DNA of 64,000 bases from Octopus sinensis (GCF_006345805.1 NC_043013.1:38564001-38628000); one strand, 5' to 3'. Counted from the first letter of the stretch, positions 1 to 16,387 are shown. A program made the numbers and translations. Notes: a model not told the origin generated them from the sequence alone.

Positions 1-20
1 TAACATTCCACCACCATCAC

Positions 21-51
<31 letters not shown>

Positions 52-149
52 GCAGCTACTTTTAGGATAGATTGAAGCGGTTCGCATAGCTGCTACAAAA
101 GTGACCATGAATTTGTCAGAAAACATCATCACGATCATCATTACTTTTT

Positions 150-890
150 TTTTATTAGTCTTCAGTAGTTTTATTTTTATTATACTCTTTTATTACACCA
201 CTGAGCTCAACTCTGTTGGTCTTGATTATGTACGCAATATATATATTTTATTCTTAAGTTTTGCATTTCCTATTTTATTGAATAATCTTTGAGAAGTATG
301 TGTGCGGCGTATAGTTGTACTATTTTCTATATTTTCTCTCTTCCGAATATTTGAAGATCTTGTGATTTTATTCATGTATTAGTCTGCATATTTTTATTAA
401 ATCATTCCCAAGGCATCTATGATTATATCAATCCTTTTTTTTCTATTTTCTGTCCTTTCATTCTGCTTGTCTGTTTCTAGATCTTTATATTTAATTAATA
501 TCTCGATTTATCTCACAGATAGGTTATTGTATGTTGAGTCTGCTATGTCAATTAGGAAATATCTCCTCTCCTGGTAGTCATTACTAATAATATCCAGTAA
601 AATATCCTTGGTCTACTTGACCATGTTAATTGAGGTTATCTTATAGCATGTTCGCTTTGTCATTCTTTGTGACTTATGGCCGAGATAGAGGCGCTGGTCT
701 GCAATATGCGTACTGGTTCTATACGTTCTGATACCAAATTTTGCTGAGATCAAATTTACCACTTTTTCCTCCAGGTTTGATACAGTAAAGTACCAGTCAA
801 GCAGTTCCACTGTTCACTGGATTCTCAAAGCGAATTGTAATATTAGTTTGGCGAACGGTTAGAGTCAAGAAGTAAAACTTTCTGCAGTGT
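150..890 (-). mobile_element. Degenerate 3' part of a Dong/R4-type non-LTR retrotransposon (restriction-like endonuclease domain)
   Basis: Minus-strand translation with stops and frameshifts gives LDIISNDYQERRYFLIDIADSTYNNLSVR*IEILIKYKDLE...IIDALGMI...KIVQLYAAHILLKDYSIK*. This matches the RLE C-terminus pattern RPDI..D....CFLIDxA.P...EK..KYKDL...IIGALG.I...QKIVLLGTAHILR. Confidence 0.7.
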
Positions 891-2308
891 CTTTTTCGAG
901 ACTTGCAGAAAAAAAATATCACTATGATCTCTCTTCAGCACTTAACGCTTACTTAAATTTTTCTTTCAAAGGTTTTCTATCTATTTCATTTGAATTGTAG
1001 AAGCTTCCATCGACACACACTCCATCTACTCTGTCATAGAGTATGACTCAGTTATGAAATCATAGATCTTTCTCTGTACATAGTTACCAACAGGCTGTTT
1101 CTAACTAAATATGCATTCTTAGTTAGAAGAAAACACCTTTCATGACCCTCAAATATTCTGGAAGTCAACATTAAACTTATCCTTTTAAACACTTCATGTG
1201 AGAATGGAACATTGGCTTTTTATAACACCTTTTTATAACACGGCAAATCATCTTTATTGTCTCTCTTTAACAATGGCACCTAGACAGTTTTTGTAGGAAC
1301 AATTATTGCGCAAATAATTCCTTACTATTGTTTACATACTTTCACAACCAGCTCTGCTCCAATAGCATACTCAGAGAAGGGCATTGTAATTTGCTGTACT
1401 GTACAGTACCTCCTTAAAGAGTTACTTGCAAAACTCTTGGTAAAATTTTGCCTATACTCAGTCATGTGGGTAAACACAATTTATGGATTAGTCAGAACTG
1501 TCCCAAAGAGAACTACAGAAACAAGAAACGCATCACCCTCACACTGCTGGTAATACCCTTGTCAAGCCTAATTAAAAGTTAGATTCATGTACTGCTCCTA
1601 TATATACATTGTCAATGTAATCACAAACAGAAATATTCAATCAAACTGCTCCTACTGTCTCTATTTCCCCTCAGTAAATCTTTCATCTTTTACGGCTGCC
1701 TGTATTGTTTTATGTCTTATAATTGCTACGGTTTTTCGTGTCTGGGTTCACATAATGGGGAGTCAAATTTGCCGTTCATCATTTAGAAGCCAATAAATAA
1801 AATTCCCGTCAAAAATTATGTATTTCGAGTGAATTGAGTTAGAATTTTAGAGTTTTGGGATATGAATCCGGCCTCTTTTATTATGATATCAAGTTCTGCC
1901 AAGGTACCAATTGAATACCAGGCATGAAATCAGAAAACCAAAACTGACCTGCCAAGTGTTGTAGACATAGAAACGGTAAAAATAATTCGGCGATGGAATG
2001 CGGAAGCTTCATCCCAGAGTGCGTCAAATACGGCATACTTCCAAACTTCATCAGTTTCTCTTTATCTCACCACGATTACGCCCTCACACATGGTAGATCC
2101 TGCATTAAAATATTTCGCCTAATCCTTTCACCTTACAACTACGACATTCTTGAATTCGTCAGCTGCATCGATTTCACTAATTCTTCATGACAAATTTTGT
2201 TATGACTGTCGTTTGATTCTTGCTCAGCTGTGATGCAGAAACTCTACACATACATTATTTCATACATTATTTCAGTTGCAGATATCTTGTCTATTGCAAT
2301 AATTTATC

Positions 2309-2748
2309 TTTTGCTTGTCTTAGTCATCAGATTGCGGCCATGCTGGGGAACCGCCTTGAAAAAATTTGGTCAAACGAATCGACACCAAGACTATTTTTGT
2401 TGAAACCTGGCACTTATATTATTAGTCTCTTTAACCGAACCACTAAGTTACGAGAATGTAAACCCACTACCACCGGTTATCAAGCAGTGGTAGAAGATAA
2501 ACACAGTCACAAAGAACCCCTCAAATACACCCACACGCGCAAACACACACGTTGATATACACATGCATACATAGGTACGTACATACGACGGGCTCCTTTC
2601 AGTTTCCGTCAACCAAATCCACTCACGTGGCTTTGGTCAGCCTGAGTCTATAGTAGAAGATACTTGCCCAAGTAGCCACGCAGTGGGACTAAGCCCAGAC
2701 CCATGTGAGTGATAAGTTGACATCTTACCGCACAGCCAGCCCTGCATC
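2309..2748 (-). mobile_element. tRNA-derived SINE, family A (internal microsatellite, CORE-like ccttgggcaag segment)
   Basis: Reverse complement aligns over its whole length with the plus-strand copies at 7945-8395 and 10288-10760. Confidence 0.8.
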
Positions 2749-3964
2749 TATATCAGAAATATGGACCTCAGTTGGGTAAGACAATGCATTGGGACAGTAA
2801 AGCCATTTGGATATTTTTAAACAATGCACATTTCCGGGGATAGTGTTCAATAGTCACGTTAACGTTATGAACTAAGTCGAAGGACGAGTGAAAGAGCAAG
2901 ATTAGGGTAACAATGCAGAGGTATATTCAGAGCATCACATTAAAAGACAATTTCAATAATCAGATTAATATACTTGAGATTACGAAACTCGCTTACGTAG
3001 AAAAAACATTGGCAGTAACGAGCCCACTTCTGGTTAAGTACAAAGAATGTAGAAGATATAGTTACAAAGACATTCCCTACTCATAGTGGATTAATGTGAA
3101 AATTTTGATCATATACCCAACTCAGAAAACGCATGTGTTTTAAGCACCAGTTGACGAAAATAAGCATTTATAACAACTGAACTGTACTTGGTGAGAAGAG
3201 AACCTGGTGAGATCTGAAATGGAACGCCTTGTTTAAAGACACAACGCGCACGCAGATCAAGAATCTAACTCACCACCTCAATATTATGAGCTCAAACACT
3301 AACCACAAGACCACGCACATTCACCTCTCACTATATTTCACTACAACGAAAGAGAAAATATATACTAGAGACACTTTGTACGAATAGGTAAAACATAGGG
3401 ATAAGATGTCTCATCTTAACAAAACAGTAAAATATAATATAGTTACTCCCCAATACTAGCATTGACAAAACGAGTTTGAGATTCAGTGAAAGATGGAGGA
3501 AATCTTTAACAAATGAATATAAAATTAATAGATAGCGGTGTTAGCAAGGAATTAAGTTAGAAAGCCGAGTTCAAAATGGATAAATATTGAGAATATATGA
3601 AGTGTATTAATAGTATTTATGTTATATAACTCAAAGAAGTAATGGATTTAAAATGTAATTATTAAGATATTTCTTTTAAAATATCTATAGTCATTTTATT
3701 GACATATTTATAGAAATATACGGGTTGAAGCAATAATTTCTGCTGCTGGATGAAAATACGACAGACAGTATACCAGAAAATGATATAGATTATTCATACA
3801 GACTAACCACAGAAACAGACACAGGCACACACACACACACACACACACACAAACATACGTACTTATGTATGTATGTGTCCATACACAAACGTTTACTTTC
3901 GCATTTGTGTAAACAATACTAACCATACACATGCATACACCAACACAAAAGTACTTAGCAGATA

Positions 3965-4011
<47 letters not shown>

Positions 4012-4143
4012 GTGCTGATTAATATTATAAGTGTGCGTGTATATCTGTGTGTATATCCCTGTATAATTGTGTATGATACTGTACTAAAACCTAATGTATA
4101 AATTTGTTTAATATTCTATAATTACGTAAAGTCTATAGTTATA

Positions 4144-4183
<40 letters not shown>

Positions 4184-4491
4184 TCGTCGAAGTGAGTGTA
4201 TTGTTGTCGATTTCTATGTGTTGGTTTCTAGGATTTTATATCTAAAATCGCCTATAATTGCTTCGATACATTTTTCGCTAGCTCCTCACTCTCCATCTCC
4301 CTTCCTCTCCTACCCTTTACCACACTCTCATTTTTGTTCTTCTGTGCGTGTGTATGCCTGTGTGTGTGAATGTGTATGTGTGTCTGTGTGGTTATACCTG
4401 TGCGAATGTGCGTGTCTCTCAGTGTATAACTACGCATATTTATACATGTAAAGATACAGGCTGAGATATATACACATACCCGTATATATAA

Positions 4492-4529
<38 letters not shown>

Positions 4530-4789
4530 TTGTATGTGTGTGTGTGTGTGTGTGTATGTGTGTGTGTGTATGTGTGAGCGTGTGTGGGTACGTGTGTGTG
4601 TGTGTGTGTAATTGCAGACAAATCTAATTGAATATGAAGAAGAAAAAGATTGAGGTTTTAAATTTCGATAGAGCTTATATCTAACCATCTAACTCATTTT
4701 GTAATATACTTACTGGGCACAAAATGTTTCAGAAATAGATTGAAATATGTTATGTTACAAAACAAATAGACCTACACACACGTGCGCGG

Positions 4790-4827
<38 letters not shown>

Positions 4828-5139
4828 ACACACACACACATTCACACAAACAACACACGCACACTCAGAGAAAATGGGAAAATTGTATCAGGCAAAAAGT
4901 AAAGAATTCAAAAGATTAAAAAGAAAATAGAGTAGGGAAGAAATGGGGAGGAATGAAAACGCAAAATATTAGAAGAAAAAAATGAAGAAGGAAATAAACG
5001 TATGAAAACAAGAGGATGCAAATAATAATAAAAGAAAAACAAAAACAATAAATGTTTAGATAATTCTGAAATGAAATATAGGAGATGTAATCACCTGTAA
5101 ATAAAAGTCTGACCAACTAATTTTTTTCTGTATCTTCGG

Positions 5140-5790
<651 letters not shown>

Positions 5791-7092
5791 GTATGTATGT
5801 ATTAAAATAAGAGCACATAATAATTTCTTGCCATTAAGACACGTGGTTAGGCAGATTTTTATAACGTTCCTTGTGTTTCAAGGCTACGAAACTATTAGTA
5901 GGTGTTACTTCAGTACACCGTGCATTAAATGATATTTATTCCTCTCTGTTTGCAATTTTATTGATCCTATCTGAACGAAACAGCAAACTGCAAACTTTCG
6001 CGTGTGAACGTGATTGTGTGTGTCTGTGTATGTGTGCAAGTATGTTTGAATATACGCATATATGCAGACATATATTTACACGTGTGGATCTATATCTATG
6101 TCTCTGTATATGTGTATATATATATATATATACATGTGTGTGTGTGTATATGTATCTGTGTATTTATGTCCATGCGTTATTCTGTGTCCAAGCACACTCT
6201 ACCTCACCCCTCTCATGTTTGCACATTTGCACTCGCATGCACACACATGCTTGTAAGCATATGCATATGCGTGTATATATATACATATATATGTTTGAGT
6301 GTGTATGCGTTTATGTATCTATAGATAGACAGACAGACACAAACAGACAGCGAGATAGACAAATAGTTAGATATATAGACAGCATGCTGCATTTTGTCCT
6401 TTTTTTATGTCTTGAGTTCATATTCCGCCTTGGTCGACTTTTCATTTCATCCCAATTGGTATCGAAAAAATAAATAGACCGATGCAATAGACTTACGCCT
6501 TCCCTCTGGATATGCTGATCTCATGCCATACCGTAAAATCAGTATACTTCGGTTATAAAGCAATAGAACATTTGGAGGGTCGAGAAAGATTGCCTTAGTG
6601 CATCTGTGACGGTTCTTTGTATTCTGACAGGCAACACCAGGGACAAGGCTTGTGTCAACAAGTAGTGGCCGAGAATGGCGATTTAAGCTATATATAAGCA
6701 CCGGTGTGAAGGTGTCGGACATTTCATTCACGCTGGCTTGTTTTGTTTTTGAGGAAGAAAATTTATTTTACGTTGCTACAATCCACTAAACTTGTAGAAA
6801 AGGGGTGGAACCTCTAATTCAAACGGCGAATGTTTTCACAGACTCTTTGATACAGAATCTCTCTAAGAATTACGAAAAGTGTACCATGTCTGTGAAGTGA
6901 TAAGACACTCGCACGTTAATTTCACTAGCAGGATGTTCCGTTGATCAGATTATTTGGAACACTCGTTAGCGTAACCGACGGAGTGCCAAGCAAAAGATCT
7001 GTGAATTTGAAAGGGATGAATGGCGTGCATGAGGCTTCACTCTGTCTGTGTCAAAACAGAGAGTGTGGAGAAAGAAAGAGAGAGATACTGTA

Positions 7093-7142
<50 letters not shown>

Positions 7143-7183
7143 CATACATACATATATATATATATATATCTATATATATAATA

Positions 7184-7264
<81 letters not shown>

Positions 7265-7944
7265 CATTATACATACATATATATTATGCATATATTCATG
7301 CTTGCATACAATCATTCAGCACACGCGTGCGCACACGTGCTTACGTACACATGCATACGCATTTCGCGCTCTCCTATGCTCATGCGTGCATAAAAGCATT
7401 TGTATTCCTAGTTACATCATTTGTGAAGCTCGTTTCACGTGGCTTATAACTGGAAAATCTCTGATTACAGCGCTCCACCAAATGGGCTGTCGGGTTACTA
7501 AATGATAAAAATGGCAAATTCAGTACTACATTAAAGAAAGCCTCGAGAAAATAATCAATCCAGCTTTGTATATTGAGACAGTACAAATGCATGAGACAAG
7601 TCAGTGGTTTGATTGACTGTGTTTAGAATTTCTAAGTACGAGTGCCAGAAGACCGATTGTGCGAGAAAGGTGAAGAGACCGAACGATTGCCAAGTTGCGT
7701 TCGAGGAGTGTTAGCGAAGTGTGTTAATGAGTGAAAAGTTAGAAGACATTTTCATCTGTAAACTTGCTTTGAATCGTCCTAGATATCTAATTACTGATAT
7801 ATTGTAGGCCAAACTTGTATTTTATAGGAGGTTGTAAGTTAATATACAGAATTAAAGTATTAAATACTAGAAATGTGAGCAGCAGAAAGTTATTGAATAA
7901 TAAAGCTTGGCACAGTTAGAAATAATTTTGAGAGATTTATCATA

Positions 7945-8128
7945 GGCGTTGGAGTGGCTGTGTGGCAAGTAGCTTGCTTGCAAACCATATGGTTCTGGGT
8001 TCAGTCCCATTCCGTGGCACTTTGGGCAAGTGTCTTCTACTATAGCCTCGGGCCGACTAAAGCATTTTGAGTGGATTTGGTAGACGGAAACTGAAAGAAG
8101 CCCGTCGTATATATGTATACGTATATAT

Positions 8129-8162
<34 letters not shown>

Positions 8163-8395
8163 GTATGCATGTATATATGTATGTGTGTGAATATGTTTGT
8201 GTGTCTGTGTTTGTCCCCGCCAACATCGATGGCACCGATGCTGGTGTGTTTACGTCCCTCGTAACTTATTGGTTCGGCAAAAGAGACCGATAGAATAAGT
8301 ACTAGGCTGGCAAAGAATAAGTCCTGGGATCGATTTGCTCGACTAAAGGCGTTGCTCCAGCATGGCCACAGTCAAATGACTGAAACAATTAAAAG
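7945..8395 (+). mobile_element. tRNA-derived SINE, family A, full length
   Basis: tRNA-like head with A/B-box-like segments (tggctgtgtgg; ggttcagtcc), internal (TA)/(CA)/(TG) tract, and 3' tail gctccagcatggccacagtcaaatgactgaaac. Multiple copies in the window. Confidence 0.85.
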
Positions 8396-8892
8396 CGTAT
8401 CACTCTTAAATAAAAATATAGTCAAATAACTTAAACTGATGCAATAATGCAGGTTATAAATTGTAGGGCAGACAATCTTTCTAAAACTCATTGTAATGAG
8501 ACATCTGACTGGGAAGTCCAGATCTAAGAGATAGATATAAAATATTGTAGACGCTAGAGTCCAATAGTCGGCAAAATAGCTACACTGCATCTTGATAGAC
8601 GTGCTCGAAAGTCGTGTTAATGTCAATCACAATAGCATTGCCTACGTCGAAGTTATGCATGGTAAAGGCAGAACTGCTGTGTGAGACATTCTAATCCTGT
8701 AGATTTTTCTCTGCGGGAAGTGAATTAGTTTTCAATATGATGGAGAGGGAATTAGAGACGATAAAAGAAGTGGTCCTTTACGAAGGCTTCCATCATATTT
8801 CTAATATTGGAAATGACTGAAAGGTGGTAGCTGGCAGGGTCAGTGGCAACACGATCCTCGAAAAAATCCTACGCTTTTGTTTCCATAATCAG

Positions 8893-8947
<55 letters not shown>

Positions 8948-8958
8948 AGTCTGCCTGC

Positions 8959-9025
<67 letters not shown>

Positions 9026-9080
9026 AGTAGCTACCCCACTCTCCGTCGTTCTGTCTCTCTTCATTCATATATATTATTTT

Positions 9081-9134
9081 ATTCTTTTGTTTGTTTCAGT
9101 CATTTGATTGCGGCCCTGCTGGAGTGCGCCTTTA
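9081..9134 (-). mobile_element. 3' tail fragment of SINE family A (or its partner LINE)
   Basis: gtttcagtcatttgattgcggccctgctggagtgcgcc is the reverse complement of the family A tail. Confidence 0.6.
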
Positions 9135-9180
9135 AATATATATACATATATATAATATTATATATAATATATATATATAT

Positions 9181-9223
<43 letters not shown>

Positions 9224-10036
9224 TATATTATATATATATTTGTATACCTACATATTACAATACGAACACGCAGACACATACAGAGACGCACACACACACA
9301 CACACATATTATTGGTGAACGTGCTCTGCATACACACTACTAGGAACTTACCCTGAAACAAGTTTTGAATATCTTATTTAAAGCCTACGGTCTAAACCTT
9401 AATTCCTTAATTTTCAATTTGAATTATATATATTTACACACATATAATTTCGGGACGCTAACAGAATTGAATGGTGTAAGAGAATTAGAGTTGACGCTAA
9501 TAGCTTGGTCAGATTAAACCGGGATCACAATGTGCTCATGTGAATAGCATTTGCACATTAGTTTACACTTAATCAAAGAAAAAGTTGAAATCTAAGTGTC
9601 TCTTGCAGTGACCAGAATTTGTTTGGTATCATTATTAGCCTGAAAATACTTACTCAAATAGTTTACATATGCCACCAACTCTCACAAGGCACACCCATGT
9701 TGAAACGTATCTATTTCTTACTATCTTGTCTGTCTCTGTGCTTAGAAGTACATTATCCAAGATGTTCTAGTCTGAGGTATATTTGGCTCCTATTTCCAGC
9801 AAGTTAAGCGACTTTATGAACTTATAAGAATTTCTAATCTAAGGGCTATTACAACTCGGTACATCACGCTAACTAAAGAAGGGGTTTGTACATAATTTTT
9901 CTATCCACAAGAAATAGCATCCAAATGTCCTCTCCACAACAAATTACTTTGCATAGACGTTAGACGTAGCACATGTGTTTGGATTGCCTAAAGTATATCA
10001 TACAAGAACGAAGAAAACTTTATTCGAACTTAATAA

Positions 10037-10208
10037 TCCTTTCTACTATAGGGATATGGCCTGAAATTTTGGGGTATGTTCTCAACTGCTACATATTTTA
10101 TCGACCCCGAAAGGAAGAAAGATAAAGTCGACCTCGTCAGAACTTCAACTTAGAATGTAAAAACGGCTGGAATGCCGCTAAGCGTGTTAACGATCCTGCC
10201 AGCTCGCC
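10037..10208 (-). mobile_element. tRNA-derived SINE, family B (degenerate)
   Basis: Reverse complement of ggcgagctggcag...gttctga..gaggtcgacttt..ctttcatcctttcggggtcgat, shared with the copies at 28403, 43241 and others. Confidence 0.75.
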
Positions 10209-10287
10209 CCCCGAAAAAAGAAACAGTAAGAAGCCCTTTATATCAAAACTAAGGGCCTGATAAAACAACAAAAAGAAATAATTTATA

Positions 10288-10462
10288 GGCGCAGGAGTGG
10301 CTGCGTGGTAAGTAGCTTCCTTAACAACCATATGATACCGGGTTCAGTCCCACAGTGTGGCATCTTGAGCAACTGTCTTCTACTATAGACTCGGGCCGAC
10401 CAAAGCCTTGTGAGTGGATTTGGTGGTCAGAAATTGAAAGAAGCCTGTCATATTCTATATAT

Positions 10463-10524
<62 letters not shown>

Positions 10525-10760
10525 TATGTATGCATGTATGTGTGTTATATGTTGTGTGTGTCTGTGTTTGTCCCCCACCCCCAACATCGCTTGACAACCG
10601 ATGCTGGTGTATTACGTCCCCGTAACTTAGCGGTTCAGCAAAAGAGAATGGTAGAATAAGTACTAGGCTTACAAAGAATAAGTCCTGGGGTCGATTTGCT
10701 CGACTAAAAAGGCGGCACTCCAGTATGGCCGCAGTCAAATGACTGAAACAAGTAAAAGAG
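10288..10760 (+). mobile_element. tRNA-derived SINE, family A, full length
   Basis: Aligns end to end with 7945-8395; has the internal (TA)n expansion. Confidence 0.85.
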
Positions 10761-11898
10761 AGAGAAAAGAGAGAGACATGTGGTCTCAAGTCTATTGTGC
10801 CTGTGTAAACATTATGACGAGTACGGACGGAACACTTGTTCTTATCAGAGATTTGCTCGATCATAGATACTTGGGGCAAAGTAAAACCAGCAACAACAAC
10901 AAGAGTAAAGAACAACAAAACATTAGATAGCTTTACAATAGAAATTCACATTTGAAGCTACTGTAAGCCCAGAAACAAACTTTTATTATCTATGTTATTG
11001 AAAAAAAAAGGGCTTTTCACCCGAAGTATAGTATAATTAAATGCTTAAGGGAAAGGTTAGATCTTAGCTGTTATACATGTCTTTATGATTTAATATTTTC
11101 CCCCAACGCATTAAAATGGATATCTAAATCACAGCTTTTAATAATCTGCACTGCTTCAAGCAAACTACAACTCTCCCTTAACCCCAGTTTCTCTTTCAAT
11201 ATACATACATACACACATACATGCACGCATAATACACACACACATATATATATATATATTAATATAAATATATATATATTTATATATACATGTATATATA
11301 TATATATAATATATATATATATATATGCTTACAATTTCATACATGCCCAACGAATATCAAATTTTAGTATTAAGTTTTTTTTTAAGCTATAAAAGTCGGG
11401 GTGCATGTGGATGAAAATAACACGGGGAGTAAATGTTGAAATAAATTTGCTGTTTAAATTGATATATAGATATTGATCAGGTCTTGAGTATGATGTCAAG
11501 TTTGTAACAATTCCAACAAGGGTGACATTACCGTAGAAGAACGAAAATAATATTGGTGAACATGAAATATATTTCCCCACTTGCTCACATTGTATTTTTT
11601 TTTGAGAAAGTCAGAAATATATTTATTCATACGTACATAAATACATACATTCATACATACATACATACATACATACATGTATGCGTGTGTGTATGTGTGT
11701 ATGATGTGCCGGGTCCTTTGTTCACGTTAAGTGTAAACGTGGACAAAGATATACAGTATATATGTATGAATACACAAAAACTTATCGCCACACAAATCGA
11801 TGTAAGTAAATATATATATATATTATATATATTATATATATGTATCTTATATACGAATATATATATATATGTATCTATATATATGAATATATAATGTA

Positions 11899-11948
<50 letters not shown>

Positions 11949-12081
11949 GTGTATATATATGTAAATATGTATATAATTATATTTATATGTATATATGTAC
12001 ACACAACACACACACACATTATATATATATATATATATATATATACATGTGCGTATATATATACAAGTATATATATATATA

Positions 12082-12142
<61 letters not shown>

Positions 12143-12654
12143 AAATAAAGTACGTATGTATGGATGCATGCATACATGCATACATATATGAATTTTTCTA
12201 TTTCGATGGATAGATATGTTGAGACTGGCTTGGAAGTATTTACATATCCACCGCTATTTCTATAAATTGTAATATGCTATTCATTCCTTAAAACGGTAAG
12301 AATTGTTTAGGAAATGGTTTTCTCATTACTAAAAGAAGATTTCTCTAACAGCCTCATATGCTCTGGAATATTTCTCTCTTTTTTTTCCCCCCTCCTATTT
12401 TATTTCTCATATTTTTATTAGCATTGCTATTTTTGTATTTTTTTTTTGTTTTGAAAAAAAAAAAACACTTTTTTCTATCCTTTTTGCGACCATTCCTGTT
12501 TTCCATCAAATTCTTTTTTTCGACTTTTTTTTAGTCACATTTTCAATTTGTGTACATGTGGATATGTGAATGCATGTATCTGCTTATGTATATATACACA
12601 GATGAATATACGTGTATATGTGTGAGTGAATCAATTCTATGCATACGGTTGGGC

Positions 12655-13207
12655 ATATTATAGTTTTTTTTTATCATCACTCTTTTCTTATTATTCATAT
12701 TATGTAATTTTTGCTATTGTTATTATTAATATTATTATATCATCATCATCGTCGTCGTCGTTCATCATCATCATCATCATCATCATCACCATCACCAGCA
12801 TTCTTCTTATTATTATTCCAGCTGTTATTTGTTTTTCTTTCTTCTTCGTCTTCATCTTCTTCCTTTTCCTCTTCATCTCCTCCTCCTCCTCCCTCTTCTT
12901 TTTCTTCTTCTTCTTCTTCTTCTTCATCTCCTTCTTCTTCTTCTTCTTCTTTTTATTCTTCTCCTTCTTCTTCTTCTTCTTCTTTTTCTTCTCCTTCTTC
13001 TTCTTCTCTTCTTCTTCTTCTTCTTCTTCTTCTTCTTCTTCTTCTTCTTCTTCTTCTTCTACCACTACCACTTCGATTTTGCCTTTCTGTACCTATTTCC
13101 CCTCTTCCTTTTTCTTTGTGGGCTTCTTTCTCCTCTTCCAGTTATTTTTATTGCTTTTATCATCATCATCATCCTCATCCTCACCATGACTATTATTGTT
13201 ATCATTA

Positions 13208-13267
<60 letters not shown>

Positions 13268-13440
13268 CGTCATCATCATCATCATCATCGTCGTCGTCAT
13301 CGTCGTCGTCATCATCATTGACATCGTCATCATCATCGTCGTCGTCGTCGTCATCATCATCGCCATCATCATCAACAACAACGACAAGAACAATAACAAC
13401 AAATACATCTTCAACTACGGGTTTTATTGCTTTTGTTCTT
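12655..13440. repeat. Compound trinucleotide microsatellite (TAT/CAT/CGT/CCT/CTT blocks)
   Basis: Directly visible. It explains the overlapping poly-S/F/L/I/E/K/D/N ORFs. Confidence 0.95.
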
Positions 13441-13692
13441 GTGGTTAATAATACATATATATATACATATATCAATCTATCTATCTATCTATCTACACAC
13501 GCAGACACACACACATGCACATACTTATATATATTTCGAATATTTTTGTATTTCTTGTATTATTTGTTTATTTTTTATTACTATTATTTGTAAGTAACAA
13601 TCAATGTTCAATGTTCATAAAGATTGAAGATGTAGCAAGGAACACCATCTGAGGCATGTACCAAAATTGACACTTAGGGAAAAGCAATGTTA

Positions 13693-13770
<78 letters not shown>

Positions 13771-14048
13771 CATCATCATCATCATTGGTTACGTTTTCCT
13801 TTTGAGCTCTAAAATTTTCTACTATTTGTCTTTATAAATTTTCTTTTATTTCAAAAACAATTTTTTATATTTTTTTTCTTTTCATTTCCTTCACTCCCTC
13901 TACACCACTTCTCTTTTGTTCGAAACTAGTTTCTTAATTCTTAATTCCTCCTATCCTCTATATAAAAAAAAATTGCTATATACATATATGTATAATATAT
14001 ATGCACACAGAGACATATATATATGTTCATATATATAAAAAAATAAAA

Positions 14049-14098
<50 letters not shown>

Positions 14099-16354
14099 AT
14101 GTTTTCTCACACACGTACGCACACTAACATATAATACATCATGTTAGCATACATGTGTGTGAGTACACCGTCGTATGTTTAAACAGATATCCATATGTGG
14201 CTGAGTGTACGTCTGTAATCGTATCTATGTGTATGTATACATGCATTTTTTTCTACTCTGGAATAGGGTGGGAAATATATTATATTACCGTTTGCTTTCT
14301 TGGTTGAACATTGTGGGAATATGATGCTAGGGATGATGAAGGTAGAAAAATAAGAAACATTATAAAGAGTCAATGTAATAGGAGCACAGATAAGGGAATC
14401 TCTCTGTTTCTGGATGAAATGACACATTAAAGACACACAGACATTCACACATATGCAAAGTCCCATATTTATACTTCTTCACACATACATGTATACATAC
14501 ATAAATACATATATATGTGCTTCTGTGTGTGTGTGTGTGTGTATATGTATACACAATTTAATTTATAGATTGGTGTGTTTGCATTTATATAGATGTCCGT
14601 ATGTGTATGTCTTAGAATGTATGTGCATATAGGTAATACTTTGTGTGTGTGACAATGTGTTAGTATATGGGTTTGCTTGCACATGTATATGTATTTGTTA
14701 TTGTGTGAGTAATGTGTCAGTATATCCTTTTATATTTATATATCTCAATGTGCGAACGCAATCTTGCGTACACGTAAGTCAGTATGTGTATTCTGAAGTA
14801 TACGTATGGTGTTGTGTTGAGAAGCATATAAGTAAAATAAGTGTACGTTTTAAACTACATTCATAGAATTCACAGGAATTCTTTGAAATTCGAAGAATTT
14901 ACATAGTTTTTTCTTTTTTTAGGAATTTCCTCTCCCCAACATATTTTTTAACGTTACTTCATTTTCTATTATTTCCTTAATTTTTGTCGTTTTATTTTCG
15001 ATTTTGATATACGAATGTATTTTTTCTTTTAAACATAATACGAGCACATTCGCAGTAAATTTTGTTGTTGTCGTTGAAATATGTAAAAATGTACATAGGT
15101 GTACTTAATTTAATATACATATGACAAAATCATTCAATGCAAAAATTCTGAAATGGGCCCAAATCACAGGTTACATCCCCCACGCCACCACCTATGGATA
15201 TACACATGAAATTTATGTAGCCAAGTCTTATAAAGCCATATGCATTTACAAAGCCATATGTATTTATATATAAACATACATACATATATAAATATATAAA
15301 TGTATACACACACATATATATGTGTTTGTGTGTGTGTCTTTGTGTGTATACAGATATATATGTGTGTGTGTATGTCTGTGTGTGTATGCTTGTTTAGTAT
15401 ATTTGTATATTTATAGATATATATGTATTTATATATATTTGTATATATGTATGTTTAGTGAACTGACTAAGTGTATATATATACATATATGTACTTATAC
15501 ATATATATATATGTGTGTGTATATGAATATGTATACCTTTACATGTATATATATATATATGTATGTATGCATGTATGTATGTATGCACATGCATGTTTAT
15601 CTATGTTTGTATGTGTACATGTAATGTATTCTACATTGAATATGAGAATATGAGCATTGTTTCAGAGATACATACATATATGTATATATATAATACAAAT
15701 TAAAAAATATGTAAGTGTTTCGTGAGTACTTGTGTTTTGGAATAATCATTCCGCGGGACAATGTCATTGCAATGTTATTTTAATGCACTATTTCTAGACA
15801 GTTACTCCTAAAAGCTTTATATACCTCTATATGTATGCTGCGCTACCTTTTTAGTACGTTGATATTGTGCGTGAATGTATAATGTATGAATATATACGTA
15901 CCCCCATCTGCTTCCCCATATATATATAAATATATATGTATATATGTGTGTGTGTGTGTGTATGATGCCATGCAGGTTTTTTCACTATTGTAAATCTGTG
16001 TGTTAATATTTTCTAAGCAAAATGTCACCGATATAATCGAGTTGAATTAATGAAGATGGAGAGAAGAAGTCAATGAGATTGAAAAAAAAGCGAAGAAAAG
16101 AATGAAAAAGGGTAAAAACGCTTCACACAATTCGATTCTAGAAATAGTGGAGTGAATATAATGGAACTGCTCTGATTAGGTCTCGCAATCTCTGTGGCGA
16201 CTTGATGCATTTTCTGTTAGTTGTATGTAGGTTTTTGGGCATTGTTTCAGGGTCTGGATATGCTGCGATTTCAATTAGAATTGTTCGGATAAAAATCTTT
16301 GTAGGAGCCACAGGCCACAAATTTATATGCATGTGCATTTGTGTATATGTGTGC

Positions 16355-16387
<33 letters not shown>

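Noticed and set aside
1993-2190. ORF with CVKYGILPNFISFSL faintly resembling a PLE N-terminus
   Set aside because: The similarity is too short, and there are no downstream RT motifs that I can recognise.
12626-13593. Long overlapping ORFs (187-254 aa) resembling low-complexity or membrane proteins
   Set aside because: Entirely explained by the compound trinucleotide repeat being open in several frames on both strands.
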